Assembly: GCF_006345805.1 (NCBI RefSeq)
Contig: NC_043003.1
Span: 82,336,001 to 82,400,000 of the forward strand
Origin: Octopus sinensis
Taxonomy: Eukaryota
Direction of reading: 5' to 3'
Length of the DNA: 64,000 bases
Shown piece by piece: positions 51,560-64,000 of this stretch. The notes beneath the pieces were generated by a model. That model saw only the letters and a program-made list of their open reading frames with translations. It was not told where the DNA came from and searched no databases. Position numbers and translations under genes: made by a program. Positions within the stretch are counted from its first letter, which is position 1. Every line of letters begins with the position of its first letter.

Positions 51560-54500
51560 ATAGTAGTAAGAAATAGTTGTTGCTATAATTGTTCTTGTAA
51601 TTTTTCTTTCATTCCTCTTACCCTACGTTAAATTTGATTTAGAACAATTATGATCTGTGGTCATAGCTTTGCTAAATCCTTCCATGTTATTTTCAGACAT
51701 AGTTTTCTTAAAACTACACTATCCAATGAGTTCTTTCGTTTTTCTTCCACAACAGATTATGATTTGAAAGTGTTTGGAATATTGTTCCCGTAAGGTCGAA
51801 ATGCCTAATGTGTTGAGCCCATTCGTCAAGAAGGTTCCTTTATCAGAAATTAAACAAAGATAAGTGTTTCAGCTGAAATGTGAACGTAATGAAGCAACTG
51901 GTCGAGGCTATAAATAACCAGAATGTTCGTTGGGTAGTTAAAAGTCAAAGGTTAGATATATGAAACAGGGGAAATTGGGAGACTGGAAAAAAGTATACAA
52001 AACACAAAGATACACATATGCGAAAGGACAGATAAATATGTAAGCAGGTTGTGTCAAGTCCATTGTCATGAATGGTTATTAGACATAACACTAATTATAT
52101 ATTCAATTTCCACACACAGGCACTTTGTCTAATACAAGTATAACGATTATTTTTTGTTTTGTGGCTTACAAAACAGATAAGGTGCTCATCTGTGATAGGC
52201 TTCGGCAATAGAATGAAATAACATAAATTATTACTGCTGTTGTTTAGTCTAGCTAGTACAACCTTGATCCAGCATTCTCATAATTAATAGCCTTTTATTT
52301 TATTTACTATCCGGACAATGTTTCAATTGTATCCTTCTTTTTAAAGTGCGAGACAACGAAAGAGAGATTTGGATCCTGTTTTGCGCAGTTGTGCGACCAC
52401 ATTGAGACTCAGTCAATGGTGCGTTACTGTTAAGAAATTGTCTTTAGGTGAGCAGTGTTGAACGTCTTTATTTTTCCTTTATAATAGAAGTCGCATTTTA
52501 TATCTTTTTAAATTTCTTTAATGCTTATTTTAATTATTTTTATAAGTGTATGGCGTCGGGAGTTACGTATTTTTTCTCCTAGATTTTAACTGTAAATGTC
52601 TCGTGGTATTTGTTCCAATTCGCCACGAGATCGATAAATGTATCAATCCAATACGATATACTGACGAAACTGTAACACCGAATCAGATGTTTGCTATTTT
52701 TTTCTAAATCTCTGCAACGTAGCCTACTTGAGTGGAAAACTTTATCTTCCACTCGGTTTATCACTATCATCTGATATTTTAGATGCTTTTAGTAGACTTC
52801 TCTTAGCTACAGTCAATCGGATTTCTGGTTTGAGAATACTTTCTTTCCGCATTCCACGCCATAAGACTGTGTGAACCTGTAAAAAATTTATGGATATTGC
52901 TTTCTCTACTGACTGGAATATAAAAATATTAAACAAATTCAGCTTCAAAAAGGTTAAGAATGAATCTGAAGTTACAACTAGCAAAATTATTAGAATCAAG
53001 GAATATATCTTTCAGTCATTGGACTGCGGCCTTGGAAGTTTAGCAGAGAAAATGGACCCTACAACTTTTCTTTTGTATACTTTAATATTCCTGAAACTTT
53101 CCTTTGCTCTACTTAATAAAACAGTCAATTAAATCTAATTATAAATTCGCTAAACAAAATTAGACTTCAGTTACGTGAAAAGAAGCAGAGAAAGTCTGAA
53201 AATAATCAGATGAAACTCTAATCGAAAAGCATTACATAAATTACAAGTGACCTTACTTGATGTCTGGAATATATATATTTTATATCTATGTTGACAAAGA
53301 GTAATCGGTTGGTTTCCATTACTTTGTCCTTTTCAAATATATTTCTTTCCATTATTCAGATAAGATATTTACATTTATCTTAAAGCATCAAAATGATGTC
53401 TGCGGTGACCCTGAGAGAATCATGTTGTTGTCCAGTTAAACATAATGATGAATAATTTTATTTTCATAGTTGACATCTTCAATATTTTACACATACTTTT
53501 AACCTGTAGATGAAGCAAAGGAGGGTGAGAAAACACGAACATCTCTTGATTAAATTATGTAAGTTTGATGCCATTATTAAGATGTGATAAACATTAGAAT
53601 TCTGGCCACAAAAACACATATACAAGCACGCGCGCGCACAAACACACAGACACAGACACACACACATATCAGAAAATGATATTACATGATAGGCTAAAAT
53701 TTTGTATATTCAGAAGTGAAAACCTTCCATTTCGTCCAGTAATTTGATAGACTCTGCCGGCTTAGTGACCCCGGTTACAATGTAATGAGAGAATAGATTT
53801 ACAGGAATAATTAAGTAAAGTAGGATTAGTTGGCCAGTTTAAAGGTAACTGCTGGAAATCTATTTTATGAGTCCTCTACAAGACCGGCACATTGACTAGA
53901 ATAACAATATTTTGAAGTTATATTCCTACTTGCGGCTTCTCACAGAGAAAAACGTAAATAAAACCACTAAAATGAAAGATAGAACATAACTCAATTTACT
54001 TACTTCCTATGTATTACGCTTTCTTTAAAATAGAATTGGCAATAGCAGTTTTCTCGGTATTTTATATCCGTTCTGTTTAATATAGAGCTATAGGATCAAG
54101 GTGGTTACAAATAGTCTCGAGTCGTCACGCTTTTCAACTGTTACTTAAACAAGAGAAGGAATAAATCAAAAGTAATGACTTCAAATTTTTATTCCAAATG
54201 TAATTGTCCAGTAGACATCCTGTTTTTGTCAGGAAAGTTGGAATAGTAAACAGAGTGTGGTCGTCATCAACATCATATATTTGTACTGTAAACAGATTTC
54301 TTCTCCTAGATAACATACCAAAATTAAATTGTCGTGAACATACATGATCGAGAACATAGTTAAATTACATTCCTCGTACCAGATGAATCACTTACTAACA
54401 TAAACACCATTTGTATCCTCAGAATTTTCTGTGCGTAAAACATAAATTTAGAGATAATTACTTCATCAATCTCCAGCCGGCATATGTATAATGAATAGAT

Positions 54501-55632
54501 TCTAAATAATATATTTCACAAATAAGCAAAACACGATACTGTAACTCAATTTTGAGCTGCACAAATTACATAAATTGCCAATGAATCTACTGCTACATAA
54601 TTATGTATAGTTTACTTGGAAATTATTAGATATTTCACCAAAAAAACATTGAAAGAGAGTGGAACACTGAAACACAGCAGAATTATTAGTGGTAAATCAT
54701 GTTATAAATATTCAACATTTTACTATACTATAACAGTAACATACCAACAGAAATATTTAGTTTATTGTTAGTTGATAGGAAGTATAATATTGTAAATCGG
54801 AAAACATTAGCAAGAAGATTACTGGGCTCAAAAATGTCTACCTTAGATATGATAATATTAGCAATATTGTATTAGTGTTTGAATAAATCTGAATTTAAGT
54901 TTATTCTCGTTTGTTGATTCTCATTCGTCTTGATATATTTGGGAACTCAAAATGTTAAAATAATTACTAATGGTTAATTAGAAGATATTCACTTTGGTAA
55001 CTTTGATAGGTTTCGGTCAGTACAGGCCCAGGACATGTCTAAATTAATATCACCACCACCTGGTAACTTACGTAGTAATGAATGTGGAATGCGTGGTACA
55101 TATATGTTTATAGATGATATAATGCAATTCGAAAATCACTGTTCATTCTTTTTCTTCTTGAGCAAGTGAAGTTTCCATTCTCGAGAAATCATTGGAATAC
55201 TTTTGATGGAAGGATATTACCGTTAGATTTACAAGTACATATAGAAATGCATCCCCGCCACACAGAGATACACAAATACACACAAACGCACTCAAACGCT
55301 CGCATATAAATATATCATTACCTTATGCATGGTATAAAGACGATAAATTGCACTGGAAAGAAATCAATGAATGTAGATCTCAATAGAAAGAGTATCTGAA
55401 TGAAGAAGATACGACAATCGTGCAAAATTTGAAGCCAATTGCTTTAGTCATATGGTTTATAAGTTTTGTATGCACGTTGTTAGCTTCATATGTATGTATG
55501 TGTGTATCTTGTTCTGCGTATTTGCTTGAGAGTATATATATATATATATTGACGGACTGGGTTTAAAAATGCTATCATTTATTTATTTATTATTCCTTTT
55601 TTTTACAGCCTGGCTAAAATATTGCATACTTC

Positions 55633-55770
55633 CAGTAGTGGATAAAAAATTCTCAATCTTCAGGGGATGGGCACTTAGATACTAACATGGGACCCCATAT
55701 ATATGGATTCTAATGGCACAGGGGCCCACTTGCCAATGAACAAACTTCAAACCTGACTAGTCCGCCACTG
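55633..55770. mobile_element. Small MITE-like element
   Basis: Imperfect terminal inverted repeats CAGTAGTGGA / TCCGCCACTG, ~140 bp, followed by TA. Confidence 0.45.
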
Positions 55771-56967
55771 TATATATACATATACATATATATATACACA
55801 CATATTATTGATTACTACTTTTGAAATTGGGTAAAACTTGTATTAGGAGAAAGATAGGAAAGGTATAGAGAATATGGAATTGGAGGTGTGATGTTTAAAT
55901 TTAAGTAAATGAAGTGTTTTTCCATATTAATAGAGGGGGTATCTTTGAAAATGTAAATATAAAGCCATAGCTATGATATCGTAATAAAATATATTAATAT
56001 ACTAAGTGGACGCTGTTAATAAATAGACTAATTTCTGAACAAAGTATTAACTAAAAGTAATAGCAAAGGTTATGGGTTAAAGTATGCAACAATGGAGTTG
56101 AGAGAGGTAACTGTGTTATTATTGGAAATTTATATATATTTGGAAACTACATATTTTCCCACGTGTAACCGAGAAATAATCTTTTCGTCTCTAAGGTTAA
56201 GGTAGAGAGTATTTAGCTGTAAGAAAACAACATCTCACTTGAACAAAGAAAACATTTTTATTATTAGATTTATAATAAGGTGCTGAAGCTATTATATCCA
56301 ATTAAATATTAAAATTGATATTATTATCCTCAAGCTCCCAGATAAATTTACTTAGTCCTGTTGAGTTAGGCTTATGTTTATTTTTAAAAGTGTATTGGAG
56401 GGTAGAAATACTTATTTTGATTTCATTTTCAGTAGCTCCAATGTAATACTATTTATTTTCTAGAGTTTAAAATGTACATGGATATATTATGCGTTTTATT
56501 TTGCATACGTTTTTAAGTAAACAATTATCCCTAATACTACAATCACAGTTATTTTAAATGTAATTATTTATATGTGTATTTGATAAAGGAGTGTTATTCA
56601 TTATTATAGTGTTATTTCTTAGAGTTTTGTTGTTAGGTAAACTTTATTTGCCAACATAATGTGGCAGTCCAGGTTACGACGATTGTTACTGTTATTTAGG
56701 CCCGGAAACATCGTCTCCAGCTGGCTAGACCACAAAGCAGCGAAGTTGTTTATATATTCAACAAAGGTAGCAGTTACTCTATGAAGTAGTTCGTAATTTG
56801 CATACCGAAAGTGTTTAACACTCTATAGGTACCAGCGGCATGTCAACGGGCATCTTAGTTCACACAGCATCAAGGTATGATATGCAAATATGTAACCTAT
56901 AGTATAATTATAAACAGGGTAAGTATTATATATGTATATATGTGTGTATATATATGTATATGTATAT

Positions 56968-57035
<68 letters not shown>

Positions 57036-57046
57036 GCATAAATATT

Positions 57047-58420
57047 ATACTAGTAGAGTTACCCGGCGTTGCCCGAGTTACATACAATTGAAGAATTAGA
57101 ATTTTCTGTAATGAACTGGAATACCTATGTTTCGAATTTCATCAAAATGCAGATGAGGGTTATTTCCTTCTTTACACACCCAAACAAAATTGTAATCGTG
57201 CCACATGTATCCCATACTACTGATTTTTATGCGCATATTCCAAAATTCCAGTCTTATAGAACCTGTTAAAAGGATGTTGCTCCTGATAAATGGAGGTCAT
57301 GGAGCTCTAAAATGTGAGAGTTAACGACCCTATTGGGGGTGGGCATCTTAGTGTCAACCAGAGAAGTTGAATTGTTGAGAATCTTTTTAACTGGGGTTTT
57401 ATATCTATTGTTTGAATTTCTTTGAAATAGGAAATATATGTTCACTGGGTTTGTATAAGGGAGCAAAGCTACAGGAAACCAAATGAGAATGATTACAATA
57501 AGTAGTCAGATACAGTACCCTAGTCGTTACCACTCCCAATGTAGTATTCATCACCATGCAGGTGACAGGCACAGCCGTAAGATGCATTACGAATCTATAG
57601 CAATTGGAAGGGCATGACCCAACTGAAATAAACATTAACAACTGTGTGATATGAGGGCTAAGGAGAAATGAAAGTTGGAATTTTCAAATTACTACTATAC
57701 TGATACGTAACTGGACAGAATAAATATACAATCTATAAATGTCTTTGAACAACCAGTCACTCATCTGGGAAGGCCTTGAAATCAATGTTACCATGTGGGG
57801 ACTATGTTTGACCGAGTGATAATAAAAAGACTGAAAGGAGATCTGCAATCAGATAACTTTACTCAAACATTGCAACTGAATCAGTGGAGGCAAAGATGCC
57901 TCTCATTTACTTGACAATTTATGCAGCACATTGCAGAAATCACAATCTAAGTATGTCAAAGCAAGCAGTTACACTGTTGTACCATTGAATTACAAATAAT
58001 GCTCATCTTCTATGCTCGGATGACACCACAGCTTCGATAAAATGAAAAAATTGTGGGTGTTGAATCCCCATGAAGGGGTCTTACTAACTTGTAAGAAGAT
58101 GAAATTTTAGAAATATTACTCCAGTTGTATCTAATATCTATGGTTAAATTTTCTTCAACCGCAAAAATATATGAATTGTCATGGGGATTGTGGCCCTTAT
58201 GCATAGAATATAAGTTCCAAATTTCGTAAAGATCCATTCAGTACTTTTGATTTAGTTTTGGATCATAAAAGAAATGACTAAACTTTGGGAGTTAAGGCCC
58301 CCATTAGGGTGTCTTAGAATCCTTATGTGAAGTGGAAACTTCGAGAATACTTCTTGATGTGTGTCAATTACCCATGGTTTAAATTTCATCAACATCGAAA
58401 ATTTATGAATATTGCATTGT
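57047..58420 (+). mobile_element. Putative Helentron/HINE-like non-autonomous element (5' end clear, extent uncertain)
   Basis: ATACTAG...ACCCGGCGTTGCCCGAG terminus typical of DINE-1/HINE-like elements; recurrent AATTTCATCAA-type subrepeats at 57136 and 58381. Confidence 0.45.
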
Positions 58421-58435
58421 ACTCGCCCTTATGCA

Positions 58436-58530
58436 TTGACAAGGCTTTGGTTGGTCTGAGGCTATAGCAGTAGACACATGCCAAGTCACCACACAGTGGG
58501 ACTGAACTCGGGACCATGTGTTTTGGAACC
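58436..58530 (-). mobile_element. SINE family A head fragment
   Basis: CAAGGCTTTGGTTGGTCTGAGGCTATAGCAGTAGACAC...CAGTGGGACTGAACTCGGGACCATGTG. Confidence 0.75.
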
Positions 58531-59177
58531 TATGTATGTGTGTTAGTGTGTATGTGTGTATGGGTGTATATATGTATGCATGTATATATGTGAATAAATA
58601 TATGTGTACATAGTCCTGTGTTTAAAATTAAATTAAAAATATTAAGGGTGAGAAATTGAATATTAATTTGATTAATATGAATTGAAAACCAGTGGTTTAG
58701 CATATAAGACCATAGCGGATCTTCTTCTAGCAAAATGGATGTTCACTGTTAATGGTTCATTCCTCTTCTGTAATAATTTGACTTTAAAAGTTTCAGTATT
58801 AAAGTGAAAGTATCTCTCATTACAACAGAGAGATGTTTTTGTTTCACTTTTAACACGTAATACTGAAATAGTGGAGAAGATATGATTTTGTTGTGGGCTC
58901 GCCCTAGGCAAGAAGTTAGGCCTTTTTTTGCTCATGATACTACATGTATGCATATTATAAATATATATATATTTATTTATACACTGAGCCGCAAATGAAA
59001 CGCGAGTCATGTGTGAGTGTAAAATATATTTTAATTTCATTATGTCAGAGATAAATTTTAATAAAATTTTTTACATTCAATTTATCGGATGCCCTTTGGC
59101 CACATTCTATGTGGCATTGTCATGTTTTCTGGTAGTGGGCAGATCCAGCATATCTAGCTTGTAGGGTGTGAGAGGTT

Positions 59178-59935
59178 CAATGTCCTCCCGGCGAGTTCGA
59201 AACCGCCATAAACAATCGGTACGTGGAATATATGAGCCGGTTCACAAAAGCCATTGGTACCTGTGCCCACACACTGCATAAAGCTGCCTCCAGTTCCTCA
59301 CGAGTTGTTGGCCTTGGAACCACCTAGATCAGCCGTCTCTGGACTTCATCCCACAGGTGTTTATTTCGGTTCAAATCTGGTTTTGATGTTGTGTTAACAC
59401 AGGAAGACCATGGTGAACCTTGTCGTAGTGAGGAGCATTGTCCTGCTGGAAAACCTGGCTATAATGATGCGCGAAGAATGGCACGATGTGAGGTATTAGG
59501 ATCTGGTCGACGTATCACTGTGCTGTGATGCTATACCCTCTACCTACACCAACATTTTGGAACTAATGGGGCCCACTTCTCTGATTCAGGCCTATAGTAG
59601 CCCAAACTATGATCCATTTGGTGCCCTACAAGTCTGTCTTCATGATACATACGTCTCTGTAGAGTTCACGTCTCCTACATCACACCTCCACTCTGCCGTC
59701 CGAGGTGGAAACGCAGTACTGGCTCTCGTCAAAGAAGACATTAGTATCTCCATTGTTGAATCTGCCAATATCGGTGCTGTGTAGCCCACTGTTGTCGCGC
59801 ATGACGGTGGCCGGTTGTGATGGTAGGCCCTGGAGCAGGACTACGGCAAAGCGGATTGTTGGCGGCCAATCGACTTCGTACCGTGTCGTCGTTGATGGGT
59901 CGCTCTCTAGTGCCAATGGTCTCGCGAGCTATCAC
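59178..59935 (-). pseudogene. Tc1-family DDE transposase relic
   Basis: DTVRSRL, HRHARQQWATQHRYW, VFFDESQYCVSTSDGRVEV, FQQDNAPH, KHLWDEVQRR, AVSNSPGGH; frameshifted. Confidence 0.85.
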
Positions 59936-60415
59936 GCCAAGGTAGATTCTATCTTGAGGAAGTACTTATTTCTGACTGTCGTTATCTTTTTAGCACTTAC
60001 ACAGAAACTTACTGCTTCGGTAGACCAAATCGCTACCTCGTTCGTCTTTAAGTAGCGTATAGTGCTTTCGATGACATCATAACAGCGTCCTACTGCAGCA
60101 TAACGTTTATCTTCCTGAAGCATCTCCAATAGTTTTACCTTCTCATAGAAGGTCATAACCTTTTTGCTGGCGTTTAGGTTCACTGCCAGAAACCTTAGAA
60201 TGTGTAGGGCATTTGGGTGGCATCATCGGGTTTTAATAACATGCTGCGAAAAGCACAACACTTAACAAAACACCCGAGGTAGCTACTGGATGAACCAAAA
60301 AAAATCTTACTTGCGTCTCATATGCGCATACCACCAATGGGAGACTGAGCAGAGATTAAAAATAATCGTGATTTTGAAAAATTTAGTTTCTATTACCACT
60401 AGATACAGTAATCTA

Positions 60416-60510
<95 letters not shown>

Positions 60511-60703
60511 TCATAATAATAATAATAGCAACAACAACAAATATAATAATGAGAGAGAGAGAGAGATTTCACGAAAGAAGTCATAAAAATTGCAGACGAT
60601 GTTTATGTTTCCACGAATATTCGGTGATTTCCACGAACAATTATTCGTTCCGCGAATAACCGGGACCGGGAATGCCTAACCGCAAATAAGCAGGTGTACA
60701 CTG
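59936..60703 (-). mobile_element. pogo/Tigger-like element 5' end with CENP-B-type HTH fragment (59932-60183)
   Basis: KKVMTFYEKVKLLEML...AAVGRCYDVIESTIRYLK resembles the Tigger/TIGD N-terminus. Minus-strand TA-CAGTGTACACCTGCTTATTTGCGG TIR-like end at 60703. Interrupted by (TAC)n. Confidence 0.75.
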
Positions 60704-62539
60704 TATATGTATGTATGTATGTATGTATGTAGTATGTATGTATGTATGTATGTATGTATGTATGTATGTATGCATGTATATACACATATACATATACATA
60801 CATGTGTATATATGTGTTAGATTAATATATATATGTATATATATATGTATGCATGTATGTATATATAAGTTCATAGAGTCAGGAAGTGTCCGGAATGTGA
60901 AAAGTTCGTAATATGCAGAAAGTTACTTACACTTCGAGATAATGTAGAAAGGAGTCCATCATGTTGATCGGTTGTAGTTTTGTAACAGTATGACTGATGT
61001 GAATAGTAAAAACTTGGAATTGATAGAAAAGGGGTATGCACGTAGTCATTTACTGTTTCCACTGAAACTTTATCAATTCATTATAAGAACTATTTTAACG
61101 ACTTTTTAATTCCTAATTGTTTTGTCAAAACAAATACATGGTAGCTGTATTTCCTAGTAACAACAGCCAATTCTCCGTCAGATCAAAAAGCATGTCCCAC
61201 CCGTATATGTATATAGACTGTATTGAAGTATAACAAAATAACGTATTGTTTTTACGCCTGATGGATTTTTCCATCTCGCAATAGTGAAAGCTCTCTTGAT
61301 ATCACTCCCACTGATGTGCAACCGATTTTGTCACACTGACGTGCTACAGATTCTTCCATATTTTTAAATATTAGAATATTCTATATATAGACTATTATCT
61401 GAAATATCACCAGCGAACTACAATATTTATCGTCGTAATTTGTTGTATCTAAAATTAACAGTGCAAATGACTGCGATTAAATACTGGCACAAAACATTCT
61501 TAGACAGAAACTATATAAAACTGATCGAAAGAGTGGCCCCTGACCTTCCGTGCTAGATTATTGCGTCGTAGTATTTAACATCATCATCTGTCTTTTGAGT
61601 GTCTTATACTTGAGATTAATATTTGAAAAGCATTATGGATTGGACACCTGTCTGAAAATAACGCCCTTCCTTCTTGGAACTAGCCTCAAAAAATTAAACT
61701 GATAGAAATGAGAAACCTAAACGTAACAAAATGAAAGAAAATACCATTAAGACTATCTTCTCTTCAATTAAATGATTATATAAATATCAATGGTGTATCA
61801 ATTAATCTCAACAGTTCTTTTTCTTTTGTGAATATAGTAACAAGTATTCATTAGCATAGTCTTTACCCCTCTCTTTCTCACACTTCTTTATTTAAATGTT
61901 TTACTTTCTGTTTCCTATAATTTCTTTCACTCATTTTGGACCTATTTTTACAAATTTTACTTTTAACTCATTCGCCCATTTGCACACAACACTACACACA
62001 CTTCATGCATTTCTTTTTCATTGCCTAAGTTTCTATCTCAAGAAATAAAAACTAGCTAAAATTATAATCACTTAAAATTCGGTTGCTATTTATCAGTACT
62101 TGTTACAAAGTTAAGTTTCTATACGATTCGCCCGCAGCTTGTACAAAATCTCATTACCCAATCAACAGAGTTTGGTTTGGGAAAATTTAGACATAATATC
62201 ACTCGTATTTTTTGTTACTGAAGCAACGTTCACTTCTTTCCCGCCGGCTTCGAAGTTCTCTGAGAATGTTGAGATTGAAAATTATTGAATATAATATCCT
62301 TGTGATTATGTTTTGTATTTCAAATAATTTCTGAAAAGTTTGACGAAAAATTTAAATGTATATTTGTAAAATACTTTTATTTCTGAATCTTTGAAAATTT
62401 CTTTCATAGCGCCAATTGATTTATATTCATACATGCATGCACATAGACATATATCACATACGTGTATACAGATACAAACACTATCACAAACTCACAAGCA
62501 CACATAAGCACACACGCACATTTGTGCGTGTATATATAC

Positions 62540-62570
<31 letters not shown>

Positions 62571-62789
62571 CGTGTGTGTGTACAGATATGTATTATAATT
62601 GTGTGTGTATATATATGCATATATATATATATATGTATATGTGTGTGTTTATGTGTGTTTGTGTACAGATATGTATTATAAATGTGTATGTATATATATG
62701 CATATATATATGTATGTAACTATATGTATATATATATATATGTATATGTATAATTATGTATGTATAAAAGTATGTGTGTACATATATAC

Positions 62790-62825
<36 letters not shown>

Positions 62826-63249
62826 ATTAAAGATGAAAAATCATCTGCTCATAGGTATAAATATATATAAAACCAAGAACTAAAATAAGTTTTCTAATAC
62901 TAAGCGAAATGTGACCCCTTGTAATACTCCCTGATGATAGAGGCAGTTATTCAAAATTTTGGATTTGAACAGCTATTATTCTCAAAGATTACTGTTCCCC
63001 AGAAATGGCCATAGAAGAATTGATTTGATATGTATATTGAAAAAAGAACGAAACACCAGCATTTATTCTACGAATTATTTCTTTATATATTATACCCTTG
63101 ACATTTTATTACTTTATAAACTATACACTGTGCACCTTATAATCTTTTTTAACACAGTTTTCTAACCTTTTAATATGATTATATGTATTTCTCAAATATT
63201 TTTTTTAGATTTGCATAATTTGTCCAACATATAGTTTTTTTTTTTATTT

Positions 63250-63370
63250 CTTTTACTTGTTTTAGACATTTCACTGCGGTCATGCTGGAGCACCGCCTCT
63301 AATCGAACAAATCATCGCCAGGGCTTACTCTTTGCAAGCCTAGTACTTATACTATCAGTCACATTTGTCG
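63250..63370 (-). mobile_element. SINE family A 3' fragment
   Basis: CTTTTACTTGTTT...CATGCTGGAGCACCGCCT...GCAAGCCTAGTACTTAT. Confidence 0.75.
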
Positions 63371-63399
63371 AACTTCGAATTCAATAAAGGCAACAACAG

Positions 63400-64000
63400 A
63401 ACGGAAAGTACGATGAATATTAATGCAGTATATTGGGAGTGGGCACTAAGTGTAAGCTTGTGTCAACGGTGATTCCAGAAATTCCGAGCCGGAAGCTACA
63501 GTTTAGCGGACGAGCCTCGTCCTGGAAGATCTGTAGCATTCGACGAGGACGTCTTGTTCACCTCGGCGGAACAAAGTCCCATTGTAACTGTTAAGGAACT
63601 AGCAGAGAAGCTTGGATTTGTTCATTCAACTATTCATCGACACACGGGTGCCATCGGAAAAGTCAGCTAATTGAGTCAATGAGAATTTCCACTCACATAG
63701 GGTGTTGTTATCTGTTTGGTGGGATATGAAAGGTTTAGTCCGCTTTGAAATTTTAAACCAAAACCAAACGATGAAAAGGAGATCTACTGTAAGCAGCTTG
63801 AGCGGTTTAAGTCAGCGCTAGAAGAAAAACGATCATGTTTGGTTTCAAGATGAAATGTGTTTTTCCAACAGGATTATGCTCGGCCACATACAGTGAGGAT
63901 GACATTCGAAAAGCCGAAGCAGTTTGAATGGGAACGATGCCCCACCCAACATATTCACCGGACATTGCTCCATCGGATTATCATCTATTCTGCAGTCTTC
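63400..64000 (+). pseudogene. mariner (DD34D-type) transposase relic, internally deleted, running off the window end
   Basis: FQKFRAG.YSL.DEPRPGR, VKELAEKLG, LSVWWDMKG, FFQQDYARPH, PHPTYSPDIAPSDYHLF. Confidence 0.9.

Noticed and set aside
52579-52930. Possible CR1/L2 3' remnant
   Set aside because: Only vague similarity; not supportable without an alignment.

Overview
Strongly AT-rich, microsatellite-dense eukaryotic DNA. It is most likely from an octopod cephalopod, inferred from the SINE families and repeat landscape. I could not support any host protein-coding gene, so the window reads as intergenic or deep intronic. It is dominated by mobile elements: (i) a cluster of Penelope-like elements (PLEs) in the first ~20 kb, including a frameshifted RT copy between two direct pseudo-LTRs and two GIY-YIG endonuclease-only pieces; (ii) several tRNA-derived SINE families; (iii) RTE, R4/Dong and decayed CR1-like LINE fragments; (iv) Tc1, pogo/Tigger and mariner transposase relics. 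The most striking unannotated signal is a set of about 14 hammerhead-ribozyme (HHR)-like motifs in several sequence families. Two of these families sit in long near-perfect palindromes (2625-2962, its duplicate at 4819-5158, and 17163-17624), so an HHR with an intact catalytic core is encoded on both strands. There is also an unusual density of inverted and tandem duplications. Most long ORFs in the supplied track are translations of microsatellites. Coordinates were read by eye; ends of decayed elements may be off by tens of bases.
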